The position numbers and the translations under genes are program-made. A stretch of 64,000 nt of DNA from Candidatus Omnitrophota bacterium. GTDB taxonomy: Bacteria > Ratteibacteria > UBA8468 > MWAK01. This document shows, piece after piece, positions 36,292 to 46,151 of this stretch. The stretch's first letter is position 1. Every line of letters begins with the position of its first letter. The notes under the pieces are model-generated. The model was given only the letters and a program-made list of their open reading frames with translations, was not told where the DNA came from and did no database searches. The stretch is from contig JBDRQI010000036.1 of NCBI GenBank assembly GCA_043826355.1, positions 32,001 to 96,000 of the forward strand. Direction: 5' to 3'.

Positions 36292-36879
36292 ATGTCTCTT
36301 TTTAATCTCCGCGAATCGGCCATTCAATGGAGCCGCGGCCGCAATTTTTTCCTGCGCTTGCCGTTGCTGCTCTGGATGATCTATACGCTGGTCCGGCACC
36401 TCTCTAACCCCGAGTATCAGAGCATTATCAAACCGCTGAACCTCGGCCTCCACGAACTCGGCCATTTTGCTTTCATGGGGCTGGGACAATTCTGGGGTAT
36501 CGCCGGCGGAAGCATCGTTCAACTCCTGATTCCAATCTTCGCCATCTTGATGTTCCTGCGCCAGCCGGATTTTTTCGCCATCTCCTTCACCCTGGCCTGG
36601 CTCTCCACCAACTTCTTTGACATCGCCGCCTACATCGGTGATGCCGTGGAAATGACCCTGCCGCTTGTTTCGCCGTTCGGCGGGGAAAACACCATCCACG
36701 ACTGGAACTATCTCCTGACCAGCCTGAACCTCCTGGAACGCTGTCAAGCCATAAGCAACCTGGCAAGATTTTTAGGGGTGATAACGATGCTGGCAGGAAT
36801 TATCTTCGGTATCTGGCTTCTGGTTCATATGTGGCGGACCAGAGGCGAAGCCCCACCCCTGGATATTAAAAATTATTGA
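36292..36879 (+). CDS. Membrane protein with HExxH motif (putative M50-like metallopeptidase)
   Basis: LHELGH, AGGS..QL, HDWNYLL. Confidence 0.7.
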   Translation: MSLFNLRESAIQWSRGRNFFLRLPLLLWMIYTLVRHLSNPEYQSIIKPLNLGLHELGHFAFMGLGQFWGIAGGSIVQLLIPIFAILMFLRQPDFFAISFTLAWLSTNFFDIAAYIGDAVEMTLPLVSPFGGENTIHDWNYLLTSLNLLERCQAISNLARFLGVITMLAGIIFGIWLLVHMWRTRGEAPPLDIKNY

Positions 36880-37041
36880 AAATCAGTTCTCATTGCGAGT
36901 CCCGTGAGGGCGAATTTTGCCCTTTTACGGGGCGCGGCAATCTCATCCCTTGACGCTCCTTTGACAAAAAACCTAAAAAATCTTAAAGTAACGTTGTGAT
37001 AAATCAAAACTAAGTTTTACCATCGTAAAAAATGGGGAAAA

Positions 37042-37248
37042 ATGGCAGACAAAAAACTAATTCTATTTGAAATAGCTTTAATAATCGCAAGCGTGTTTAT
37101 CTTCAGAAGTTTATGGATTTTGCTTGACAGAATATCCTGGATGAACAAAGATTTGGTCCTTTGGATTTTTTTGTTACTGGGAATGATTATATCTTTTTTA
37201 ACGTTATCTTACATGGCCAAACAAAAAAAAATAAACCTTAATGATTAA
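37042..37248 (+). CDS. Small two-TM protein
   Basis: 68-aa hydrophobic ORF in AT-rich DNA with a TTGACA upstream. Confidence 0.6.
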   Translation: MADKKLILFEIALIIASVFIFRSLWILLDRISWMNKDLVLWIFLLLGMIISFLTLSYMAKQKKINLND

Positions 37249-37367
37249 CGTCAATTATTTTTTAAAAGAAAAACGGCTTGCGAAAAAAACAAAAACCGGC
37301 AAATAAAAAACAAGTAAATTTTTGCTTTGCCCGACTTCGCCAAGGATACGGCGGGCAAGACAAGGGA

Positions 37368-38165
37368 TTATTCGATTACTTTGATGGATTTGGTGGGGCA
37401 TTTCTCGACGCAGACACCGCAGTTGTTGCAGTTTTCGTACTTTATCCGGGCGAGGTTATTCTCCAGCACGATGTCGTGCACCGGACAGTTCTTGACGCAG
37501 ATGCCGCAGCCGATGCAGCCGGTTTTGCATATCTTGCGGACGAACGCGCCCTTGTCGTGGGATTTGCAGGAGATGTTTACCGTAAACTTATCTTCGATGA
37601 GTTCAATGATTTTTTTCGGACACGCGGCCACGCATAGCCCGCAGCCGGTACATTTGTTGATATCTATCACCGGGACTTTTCCGGGTCCGGTATGTTTTAT
37701 CGCGCCGAAGGGGCACACCTTCACGCAGTCGCCCAGGCTCAGGCAGCCGTAGAGACAGGATTTATGGCCGCCGAAGATCTGATTTGCCGCTTTGCAGGTG
37801 TTGACTCCCCGGTAAGTAAAACGGTCGGCGCAGTTTTCCCCGCCCGAACAGACGATAACCGCTTTTTTCCTGGCGGCTGCGGTTACTTCCTTGCCGAATA
37901 AGCGGCCGATATCCCTGGCAATGTCAGGCCCGCCCACGGTGCATTTTTCCACGGACGCTTTCTGGTCGCTGACCAGCCAGTCGGCGTATGATTCGCACCC
38001 GGCAAACCCGCAGGCGCCGCAGTTTGCCTTGGGGAGCATATCCATAATCTGCAGTTTCAATGGATTTTGCTTGATGCGGAAGATGCGGCTGGCCAGCGCC
38101 AGGCCGACGCCGAACAGGCACCCTAAACCGCCCAGGACCAGGATAGACCAGAGTTGAGTATTCAT
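37368..38165 (-). CDS. rnfB: Rnf complex subunit B
   Basis: LPKANCGACGFAGC, CLYGCLSLGDCVKVCP, several ferredoxin motifs. Confidence 0.95.
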   Translation of the reverse strand: MNTQLWSILVLGGLGCLFGVGLALASRIFRIKQNPLKLQIMDMLPKANCGACGFAGCESYADWLVSDQKASVEKCTVGGPDIARDIGRLFGKEVTAAARKKAVIVCSGGENCADRFTYRGVNTCKAANQIFGGHKSCLYGCLSLGDCVKVCPFGAIKHTGPGKVPVIDINKCTGCGLCVAACPKKIIELIEDKFTVNISCKSHDKGAFVRKICKTGCIGCGICVKNCPVHDIVLENNLARIKYENCNNCGVCVEKCPTKSIKVIE

Positions 38166-38758
38166 TATATGCCGAATAATCCCTTAAAGCCCAAAAATGC
38201 CAGCGACATTAAACTTGCCAGGAAGAAGGCGATGGGGTATCCCTGCAAGGCCCTGGGGACAGGGGCGGTCATAATCCGCTCCCGCAAACCGGCGAAGAGG
38301 ATGATGGCCAGCGTGAACCCGGAGGCGATGCCGATGCCGTGGATAATGCTCTTGGATAAATTTAGCTCGTAATCGATATTCAGGAAAGTTACCGCCAGGA
38401 TGGCGCAATTGGTGGTGATGAGGGGCAGGTAGATACCCATGCCGCGATAGAGCGGCTGGACGTATTTTTTGAGAAACATCTCCACCAGTTGGACCAGCGT
38501 CGCGATGGTCAGGATGAAGGTTCCGGTGCGCAGGAAAATCAGGTCCAGCGGCGCCAGAACCAGGTGGTAGATAACCCAGGAGACGATAACGGCGATGACG
38601 GTTACAAAGGTAACGGCGATGCTCATGCCCAGTGAATTCTTCAGGTTCTTGGAGAGGCCGAAAAAAGAGCACAGCCCGATAAACTTGATTAAGATTATGT
38701 TATTTATCAGGCAGGCGCTGATAAAGATTGAGGTGGAACTCATACTATTGTTGACCAT
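38165..38758 (-). CDS. rnfA: Rnf complex subunit A
   Basis: NNIIL..FIGLC, GIYLPLITTNCAIL, GLRER. Confidence 0.95.
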   Translation of the reverse strand: MVNNSMSSTSIFISACLINNIILIKFIGLCSFFGLSKNLKNSLGMSIAVTFVTVIAVIVSWVIYHLVLAPLDLIFLRTGTFILTIATLVQLVEMFLKKYVQPLYRGMGIYLPLITTNCAILAVTFLNIDYELNLSKSIIHGIGIASGFTLAIILFAGLRERIMTAPVPRALQGYPIAFFLASLMSLAFLGFKGLFGI

Positions 38759-38759
38759 A

Positions 38760-39368
38760 TTATTTTTCTTGCTTCTTTAGTTTAAGGTGGTTTAAGATGC
38801 CCATCAAAAGGCCGATGGTCACAAACCCGCCCGGGGGCATAATCATAAAGAGAACCGGTTTGTCCATGATGATTTTGGAAAAGAGGCCGCCGTTACCCAG
38901 AAATTCGCGGATGACGCTGATGGCAACCATTACGATGAGAAAACCGACGCTCGTTCCAAAGGCGTCAAGCACGGAAGAAACAACCGTGTTCTTGTAGGCG
39001 AAGGCCTCGGCGCGGGCGATGATGATGCAGTTGACGACGATGAGCGGCAGGAAGACGCCTAATTGTTTCTGGAGTTCCGGGGAATAGGCCCGGACGAGAT
39101 AATCGATAATCGTAACGAAGGTGGAGATGACGATGATGAACACGGGAATGCGGATTTCGTCCGGGGTGAATTTACGCAACAGGGATACCGTGAGGTTAGA
39201 GAAGAAGAGCACGAACGTAAAGGCGATGCTCATACCCACGGCGTTAAATACCGAAGTGGATACGGCCAGCACCGGGCATAACCCGATCATCAGCACCAGG
39301 ACCGGGTTGCCGGTCAGGATGCCGTAGAGAAAATCATTTATTAACCTTGGTTTCGCCGCTTTGCTCAT
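38760..39368 (-). CDS. rnfE: Rnf complex subunit E
   Basis: GLCPVLAV, IRIP, PLIVVNCIIIARAE, PPGGF. Confidence 0.95.
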   Translation of the reverse strand: MSKAAKPRLINDFLYGILTGNPVLVLMIGLCPVLAVSTSVFNAVGMSIAFTFVLFFSNLTVSLLRKFTPDEIRIPVFIIVISTFVTIIDYLVRAYSPELQKQLGVFLPLIVVNCIIIARAEAFAYKNTVVSSVLDAFGTSVGFLIVMVAISVIREFLGNGGLFSKIIMDKPVLFMIMPPGGFVTIGLLMGILNHLKLKKQEK

Positions 39369-39882
39369 ATTGTTTGATAGAATCCAGTCCTTTCTTTACG
39401 GCTTCGACGCAGGCCCTGGAGGAGATGGTTGCGCCGGTAATGGCGTCTATGCCGACCCCGTCCTTCTTCAATATCAGTTCGGACGCGGCCTTCCGGTTGA
39501 ACTGCCGCGTAAAGGTTTCCTTGGCTACGCCGTCGCCCAGACCCGGCGTCTCAAAATGTTCCAGGATTTTAACGCCGACCACCCGGTTTTCGTTGTCAAT
39601 TCCGGCGATAATCTTTATCTGGCCGCCGTAACCCTGCTGGCCGGCTTTGACAATCTTGCCCGCCGGCCTGCCGTCTTTGTCGAAAGCCACGGAATAATCT
39701 TCGCTCACTTCTTCAAACCGGTCGGCCGCCGGCAGAACCTCTCTCCGGGCCAGGTCTTCAATCTTTTTGGCCTGCGCTTCAATCATCGGCTCCGTCTTCC
39801 CGTAGACCACAGCCAGGCCGAAGGCCGCGATGACGCAGAGTATTGTCAGCCGCAGCGTATAATTGATCAGTTTGGTAAACAT
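39334..39882 (-). CDS. rnfG: Rnf complex subunit G
   Basis: GYGG, ETPGLG, FMN site DAITGATISS. Confidence 0.95.
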   Translation of the reverse strand: MFTKLINYTLRLTILCVIAAFGLAVVYGKTEPMIEAQAKKIEDLARREVLPAADRFEEVSEDYSVAFDKDGRPAGKIVKAGQQGYGGQIKIIAGIDNENRVVGVKILEHFETPGLGDGVAKETFTRQFNRKAASELILKKDGVGIDAITGATISSRACVEAVKKGLDSIKQYEQSGETKVNK

Positions 39883-39884
39883 TT

Positions 39885-40796
39885 TCAGGTTGCTCCGAAC
39901 TTTTTGATTACGGTCATCTTATCGATAAACGGCGTCAGCATATTCATAATCAGGATGGAGTAACAGACGCCTTCGGGAAAACCGCCTTTGAGTCGGATGA
40001 GCATAGTCAATACGCCGCACCCGATGCCGAAGATTATCTTACCGTTCCGGCTCAAGGGCGTGGTGACCGGGTCAGTCGCCATAAAGAACGCGCCCAGGAT
40101 AAGGCCGCCGGTCAGAAGGTGAAATACCGGGCTTTCGCGGAAGAGCAAAGCCAGGGCCGCGGCGGTTATGATGTAACTTAACGGCGTGTAGAGTTTGATA
40201 TGCCTGCGGTAGAGCAGGTAGAGCGCGCCCAGCAGGAGCATCAGTTTGGGGGTTTCGCCCAGGGAACCGGCAAAGTTACCGAAGAAGAGCATCCAGGTGT
40301 CCGGCAAAATTCCCGGAAGGTTAAGTTTCGTAATGCCCAGCGGCGTCGCGGTGGTTAAAGCGTCGTAGGGTTGTATCCACAGAGACATATCCTTGGGCCA
40401 GGATACCTGCAGGAAGGCCCGGCCGACAAGCGCCGGGTTAAAAGGGTTGTGTCCCAGCCCGCCGAAGATTGCCTTGCCGACCAGGATGGCGAATAACCCG
40501 CCGGCGGCCGCTATCCAGAGCGGTATCGCCGGCGGCAGACAAAAGGCCAGCAACAAGCCCGTAACGATTGCGCTCAGGTCGGAAACCGTCTCCTTCCTCT
40601 TCGTTGCCTTGGCGAACAGATATTCCGCCAGGCAACAACTGGCCACGCAGGTTATGAGCAGGAATAAGCCCTTGTAGCGATAGAACCATATTGCCGTCAG
40701 CGCCGCAGGCGTAAGGGCAATTATTACGTCCCGCATTACCTGCCGGATATCCTGCCCGGATTTGATGTGGGGGGAAACGGCTACGGTTAAGTTCAT
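39885..40796 (-). CDS. rnfD: Rnf complex subunit D
   Basis: SPHI, FGGLGHNPFNPA, TATPL, FMATDPVT. Confidence 0.95.
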   Translation of the reverse strand: MNLTVAVSPHIKSGQDIRQVMRDVIIALTPAALTAIWFYRYKGLFLLITCVASCCLAEYLFAKATKRKETVSDLSAIVTGLLLAFCLPPAIPLWIAAAGGLFAILVGKAIFGGLGHNPFNPALVGRAFLQVSWPKDMSLWIQPYDALTTATPLGITKLNLPGILPDTWMLFFGNFAGSLGETPKLMLLLGALYLLYRRHIKLYTPLSYIITAAALALLFRESPVFHLLTGGLILGAFFMATDPVTTPLSRNGKIIFGIGCGVLTMLIRLKGGFPEGVCYSILIMNMLTPFIDKMTVIKKFGAT

Positions 40797-40810
40797 TTTC
40801 GGTTACCCCC

Positions 40811-42154
40811 TCACCCCTTCCCTCTCCCCGCGGGGAGAGGATTAAGAGGAGTATTCAGTTTAACCAATTTTATGTGCTGAACCAGAGGCCGCTTGGCAAC
40901 GCAGACATAGGCGCAGCAGCCGCATTCCATGCAATCTTTCGGGCTGTATGTGCCGGCTTTGTCCCAGAATTCATTTTCCGCATAAATGCTGAGCATATTG
41001 GGCATCAGTTTCATCGGACAGGCGTCAATACACTTGCCGCACCGGATACAGGGAGAAAAAGTAGGGTCGCACTCCGCCTCCCGCAGGACCAGTATGCTGG
41101 AGGTGCCTTTGATGACCGGCACGTCCAGGGTGGCCTGGGCTATGCCCATCATCGGTCCGCCCAGGATAATTTTTTGCCCGTCGGCGGGCGCGTAGCCGCA
41201 CTCAGCCAATATTTCACTCAATAGCGTCCCAAGTCTGGCATCATAATTACCCGGTCTGGAAATATCGTCTCCCGTAACGGTTATGGAACGGCCGGTCAGG
41301 GGCGAACCGTTGACCACGGCGTTGTAGATTGTCCGGCAGGTACCCACGTTGTGCACCAGCACTCCGACGTCAAAAGGCAGTTTGCCGGAAGGGACTGTTC
41401 GGTTGAGCACGGTCTTGATGAGTTGTTTTTCCGCACCCTGGGGATATTTCGTTTTAAGCACTCTCAGTTTCAGGGTAGGCTCGTTGCGGATAATTTTTTT
41501 GATGCTGTTTATGGCGGCGGGTTTATTGTCCTCAACCGCAATTATGCCGGCGGGAGAACCGACGATATACATCGCTATCTTCAGCCCGTCAACCACCTCC
41601 TGCATATGTTCCTGCAGGAGCCGGTCGTCACAGGTCAGGTAGGGTTCGCATTCACAGCCGTTGGCGATTACCGTATCAATGTCTTTGGACGAAGATAGTT
41701 TGACGTGGGTCGGGAAGGCCGCGCCCCCCAGTCCCACAACGCCCGCTTCCTTGACCGCGGCGCGCAGTTCCTCGGGCGAATGTTTTTGGTAATCGGGGTA
41801 GGTTTTGCCGGGCTCAACGCTCTTGTCCTGTCCGTCGGAATCGACGATAACCGCGGTCACCGACTGGTTCACCACCGGGTGGTTGTACAAGCAAACATCA
41901 AATACCGTACCGGAGACGCTGGCGTGGACCGGAACGGAAACGTTGCCGACGCTCTCCCCCACCTTCTGCCCCCGGATAACGTAATCGCCTTTCTTAACAA
42001 TCGGATTGGCCGGGGCCCCGGCGTGCTGGTTCATCGGAAGAACAACACGCTTAGGCAAAGGCAGTCCCATGATGGAACAACTGGCCGCCGCATCCTTGCA
42101 GTAATCCGGCAGATGTATTCCGCCCGCAAAACTACCCCTGGTTTTTGTCAACAT
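40811..42154 (-). CDS. rnfC: Rnf complex subunit C
   Basis: GLGGAAFPTHVK, ECEPYLTCD, YPQGAEK, CIRCGKC, CMECGCC. Confidence 0.96.
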   Translation of the reverse strand: MLTKTRGSFAGGIHLPDYCKDAAASCSIMGLPLPKRVVLPMNQHAGAPANPIVKKGDYVIRGQKVGESVGNVSVPVHASVSGTVFDVCLYNHPVVNQSVTAVIVDSDGQDKSVEPGKTYPDYQKHSPEELRAAVKEAGVVGLGGAAFPTHVKLSSSKDIDTVIANGCECEPYLTCDDRLLQEHMQEVVDGLKIAMYIVGSPAGIIAVEDNKPAAINSIKKIIRNEPTLKLRVLKTKYPQGAEKQLIKTVLNRTVPSGKLPFDVGVLVHNVGTCRTIYNAVVNGSPLTGRSITVTGDDISRPGNYDARLGTLLSEILAECGYAPADGQKIILGGPMMGIAQATLDVPVIKGTSSILVLREAECDPTFSPCIRCGKCIDACPMKLMPNMLSIYAENEFWDKAGTYSPKDCMECGCCAYVCVAKRPLVQHIKLVKLNTPLNPLPAGRGKG

Positions 42155-42260
42155 GGCTTGGACTAAAATCTAAATTACACTAAAATTTGAATATTTTACC
42201 ACTTTTTGCCGCTTAAAAACAACCCGCGCCGCGAAGATTCGTCATAATGGTATAATATCT

Positions 42261-43247
42261 TTGATGCTGAACTCTGACGCTGTCAAAAAAAGGCCTGGCT
42301 GGCGGCCGGCAATTATCCTTTTGACTATCCTGCTTGTTTCGTGCGGCGCAAAAGAAGAAAAAGCGTCCTATTCCAACCTGATTATGGGAACCTTTTGCGA
42401 CCTTGCTTTTACTCCGGTTCCCAATACTGATAGCAGTGAAATCGCCGCTAAAGTTTTTAACCGGCTCCGCTATCTGGAAAGTCTCTGGTCAACTTATCAA
42501 AAAGAGAGCGAGGTCTCGCAACTGAACACGAAAGGCCGGCTTAAGCCTTCTCCGGAAACCCTGGCCCTTCTGAAAAAATCTTTAGAGGTTTCCCGTATTT
42601 CAAACGGCGCTTTTGATATCACGGTCGCGCCTTTAATGACCGCCTGGCGCCAATCGGAAAAAAGAGGGAAATTACCCGATTTCAAATCGCTCGTTCCGCT
42701 AATCGGCTACCAGAAGTTAGTAATTGAAAAAGGCGGAACGGTCCGGTTTTTGCAAAAAGGGATGGCTGTTGATTTGGGTGGAATTGGAAAAGGGGCGGCG
42801 GTTGATGAGGCGGCCTCGCTTCTAAAATCCGCCGGGGTGAAATCGGGCATCGTCAACCTGGGCGGCAACCTCTATGCCTTCGGAGACGGGCCCCACCGGG
42901 GCCAATGGAAGGTTGGAATTCAAAATCCGCGCGGGAGCGGCGCTCTCGGCGCCATCTCCGTAAAGAATCAGGGTGTTTCTACCAGCGGTGATTACCAAAG
43001 ATATTTTGAGGTCGATGGTAAGCGATACAGCCATATCCTGAATCCCCGAACCGGTTCTTTGACGGATTATCCGGAAAGCGTCACGGTGATTGCGCCCGAC
43101 GCTGCGCTGGCGGACGGACTTTCCACGGCGTTTACCGTTATGGGTCCAACAGACGCAATTTCGTTGGCCGATACGATTCCCGGCGTTGAAGCGCTAATTA
43201 TCATGCCGGGTCCGAAATCCTACCGGACAAAAGGTTTCCCGCAATAA
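42261..43247 (+). CDS. apbE: FAD:protein FMN transferase ApbE
   Basis: Lipobox, MGT, GAFDIT, DLGGIGKG, TSGDY.R, HILNPRTG, ADGLSTA. Confidence 0.95.
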   Translation: MMLNSDAVKKRPGWRPAIILLTILLVSCGAKEEKASYSNLIMGTFCDLAFTPVPNTDSSEIAAKVFNRLRYLESLWSTYQKESEVSQLNTKGRLKPSPETLALLKKSLEVSRISNGAFDITVAPLMTAWRQSEKRGKLPDFKSLVPLIGYQKLVIEKGGTVRFLQKGMAVDLGGIGKGAAVDEAASLLKSAGVKSGIVNLGGNLYAFGDGPHRGQWKVGIQNPRGSGALGAISVKNQGVSTSGDYQRYFEVDGKRYSHILNPRTGSLTDYPESVTVIAPDAALADGLSTAFTVMGPTDAISLADTIPGVEALIIMPGPKSYRTKGFPQ

Positions 43248-43283
43248 TTCTGCCGGTCATTGCACCCGTCAAAGGAAAAGGAG

Positions 43284-43754
43284 TTACAGGAGTTTTTCGA
43301 GGAGGGGTTTGAGGTTTGGGAAATCTTTTAAAACGCTCTTGCCTGTCAAGTCGCAGACGCCGATGACTTTGCCGTCCCTGCTTTCCACCGCATCCGCAAA
43401 CTCTTTCATCGCCTTTCCGGGACCACCGCCGTGGGTAGCAAAGATAAAAACATTTTTGCCGGACAGCGGAACGGTTTCCAGAAAACCTCTGATTGCCGGA
43501 GCGACGTTAAACGCCCAGACAGGCGAACCGAGGAAGAGCGTGTCGTAACCGGAGATGTCGGGCAGTTCCTTGAGCGCGGCCTTTCTCCTGGTCAGGGCGT
43601 CGCGGCAGTTTTTCAAGAAGAAACCCGGGTGTTCGGGGAGAAGTCTGAAGTAGTCCGAGGTCTTGCCTTTCTCTTTCAAAAAATCGCCGATAAGATGCGC
43701 CAGCAGTTTGGTGTTGCCGGTGAGAGAAAAATAGATAATGATTATTTTGTCCAT
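43284..43754 (-). CDS. Flavodoxin-like protein
   Basis: YFSLTGNT, GSPVW, FATHGG. Confidence 0.9.
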   Translation of the reverse strand: MDKIIIIYFSLTGNTKLLAHLIGDFLKEKGKTSDYFRLLPEHPGFFLKNCRDALTRRKAALKELPDISGYDTLFLGSPVWAFNVAPAIRGFLETVPLSGKNVFIFATHGGGPGKAMKEFADAVESRDGKVIGVCDLTGKSVLKDFPNLKPLLEKLL

Positions 43755-43821
43755 GATTACCTACAAATGCGCCCCCCTTTCTTCCTCTCCCCGCCGGGGA
43801 GAGGAAGAAAGGGTGCGAATA

Positions 43822-43860
43822 AATAAAGGCCCTAACCGGAGATGGTGAGGGCCTTTATTT
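43822..43860. terminator. Hairpin, probable intrinsic terminator downstream of the OmpA-family gene
   Basis: AATAAAGGCCCT...AGGGCCTTTATT stem with A/T tails. Confidence 0.7.
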
Positions 43861-43885
43861 AATTCAATTACCTTTCTTTAATCAG

Positions 43886-44551
43886 CTACCGGGAGATTAT
43901 CCGATACTGAACTTTCCGGGCAGAAGGATAGTTGGCTACACTTACTTCCATCTCGCCTTCAGCTGTAATAGAAATGGAATCCTCCGGTATCCCGTTCTTT
44001 ACCATATAGTTCTTGACCGATTGGGCTCTTCTTCCGGATAATTTCCTGTTGTAATCGGTCGGACCCTCAGGAGAGGCATACCCCATCAAAACCATCTTCG
44101 CCTTCGGATTTTCTTTTAGAACTTTTACGTTGGCGTCAAGAATTTTCCTGGCGGAAGGCGTCAATTCTGCGCTGTCAAAAAGGAAGTAGATGTCCTGAAG
44201 CGACGACTTCTTAACAACCGCCTTTCCGGGGGATTTTTTTGCAACTGCCTTTTTCGGTGCTTTTTCCGCTTCTGCCAGATAGACGTAACCCCTGTTTCCC
44301 CAGACAGTGCTGCCTTTTCCAGCCGGCGCTTCATCCGGCATCCACCAGGAACCTTTCTTGGCCGCAGTTGCGGTCGGGTTTGACGTCTCTTCCGTTGTAT
44401 TTACATCCTTTACCGGCGCAGACAGAGCCCCTGACTTACCGTACCAGGACGTATCCATAGAAGAGGACTTCAGTATCGGTGTAGCACACCCGGCCAGGAT
44501 TGAAACTGCAAAAATACAGAGAAGCAAACCGACAAAATTCAATCTTTTCAT
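43886..44551 (-). CDS. OmpA/Pal-like peptidoglycan-binding lipoprotein
   Basis: Lipobox LAGC; IYFLFDSAEL, YNRKLSGRRAQSV. Confidence 0.88.
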   Translation of the reverse strand: MKRLNFVGLLLCIFAVSILAGCATPILKSSSMDTSWYGKSGALSAPVKDVNTTEETSNPTATAAKKGSWWMPDEAPAGKGSTVWGNRGYVYLAEAEKAPKKAVAKKSPGKAVVKKSSLQDIYFLFDSAELTPSARKILDANVKVLKENPKAKMVLMGYASPEGPTDYNRKLSGRRAQSVKNYMVKNGIPEDSISITAEGEMEVSVANYPSARKVQYRIISR

Positions 44552-44646
44552 CTATTTCACCTCCTTTTTTTGGAATTAGCGATTAAATATTACCACCCAA
44601 CGAAAAGATAGTCAAGGCAGCGGCACCGCGCAAACTTTCAGAAACC

Positions 44647-45003
44647 TTACCGGCTTTTACCCCGCACCGGAATCCCCCGGGTTCTTAACTCGTCGGTCTT
44701 CTCCTTGGAACACTTCTGGCACAGGAAGACCGGTTTGGCATCGCTCTTGTCGTAACCAATTGCCTTGACCAGTCTCCAGAGGTGCGACTCTTCGCCGCAA
44801 TTATCGCACCTGCCCTCCTTGATGTGCCAGATTTCCGGTATCGGCGAAGTAAAAATAAACCGGTCCACCCAAAAAAAGATGGCTCCGCCGATGAGGTTGG
44901 CGATGATGGTGGATGTAAGGCTCCCGCCTAATTGCCGGACAACCAGCCAGAGAATGGGCGTACTCAACTGCCAGCGGATAAGATAGAGAATGAACCGTTT
45001 CAT
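44647..45003 (-). CDS. Hypothetical membrane protein with C-terminal CxxC...CxxC
   Basis: Start MKRFILY with GGAGG RBS; CDNC...CQKC. Confidence 0.75.
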   Translation of the reverse strand: MKRFILYLIRWQLSTPILWLVVRQLGGSLTSTIIANLIGGAIFFWVDRFIFTSPIPEIWHIKEGRCDNCGEESHLWRLVKAIGYDKSDAKPVFLCQKCSKEKTDELRTRGIPVRGKSR

Positions 45004-45082
45004 TAATACCTCCGTAAATTTGTTAATATTATAACATCTGGGGTAAAATATGGGATAAAATATCTGAAGGGTTGCTAAACAA

Positions 45083-45451
45083 ATGCATGAATTCTCTATC
45101 TGCCGGGGACTGGTGAATGCAATTCTCTCCGAACTGGAAAAACTGGACCCGCCCAACCTGAAGATACTTAAGGCAACCGTCGTAATAGGCCGCCTGCGGC
45201 AGATTATACCGGAAACGCTTCAATTCGCTTACGAAACGCTGACCAAAGAAACAACCATAGCCGGTTCTAAAATTGAAATCATAAGCGCACCCATCCTGGC
45301 AAAATGTCCAAAGTGCGGCTGGGAAGACGAGATTAAAGAGAACAATTTCCGGTGCGGCAAATGCGGTTCCGGGGAGATTGAGCTGTCCGGCGGAATGGAA
45401 CTGTATTTGAATAATTTAACGGTGGAGAAGAATGAGCAACCAGGAGATTAA
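45083..45451 (+). CDS. hypA: Hydrogenase nickel metallochaperone HypA
   Basis: MHEFSI, CPKC...CGKC, GMEL. Confidence 0.95.
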   Translation: MHEFSICRGLVNAILSELEKLDPPNLKILKATVVIGRLRQIIPETLQFAYETLTKETTIAGSKIEIISAPILAKCPKCGWEDEIKENNFRCGKCGSGEIELSGGMELYLNNLTVEKNEQPGD

Positions 45452-46082
45452 GGTGTATCGGAACTTGATGGGCGAGAACGAAAAATGGGCAGTCAAGACC
45501 CGGCAGTTACTGGCGGAAAATAACTGCGTGATGTTCAACCTCATCGGCGGACCGGGTTGCGGAAAGACAACGCTGTTGGAAAAGATGGCCGGACAATTGG
45601 AAAAAAAGTTGCGTTTTGCGGTCCTGGAAGGCGACATTGAAACGACCCGGGATGCAAAACGGCTTGCCGCTTTGAAGGTTCCGGTCAGCCAGTTATTAAC
45701 CGGCGGCGCCTGCCACCTGGAAGCCAAGATGGTACACCACGCCCTGGCTGATTTTGACCTTAGGGAACTGGATATAGTCATCGTGGAAAACGTTGGAAAC
45801 CTAGTCTGCCCGGCTGAGTTTGACGTCGGCGAAAAATCGAAGATTGCGGTCCTCAGCGTTACGGAAGGAGAGGACAAACCGCTCAAATATCCCCTGCTCT
45901 TCCGGGAGGCGGCGGCCGTGGCGCTCACCAAAACAGATTTGCTGCCTCACCTCAGTTTCGAGAAAGAGACCTGCCTGGAGAACATCCGCAGGATAAACGC
46001 CAACCTGCCGATCTTCCCGGTCTCCGCGATTAAAAATGAAGGCGTTGAAAAATTTGTGGAATGGTTGATTAATAAACTGTAG
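45432..46082 (+). CDS. hypB: Hydrogenase nickel GTPase HypB
   Basis: PGCGKT, CHL, ENVGNLVCPA, EGEDKPLKYP. Confidence 0.96.
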   Translation: MSNQEIKVYRNLMGENEKWAVKTRQLLAENNCVMFNLIGGPGCGKTTLLEKMAGQLEKKLRFAVLEGDIETTRDAKRLAALKVPVSQLLTGGACHLEAKMVHHALADFDLRELDIVIVENVGNLVCPAEFDVGEKSKIAVLSVTEGEDKPLKYPLLFREAAAVALTKTDLLPHLSFEKETCLENIRRINANLPIFPVSAIKNEGVEKFVEWLINKL

Positions 46083-46151
46083 GGGCTTGATGAATCAAGC
46101 CCCGGCACAAAACAACACCCCTTTCCCTCGCCTCTCCCGCCGGGGGGGGTA

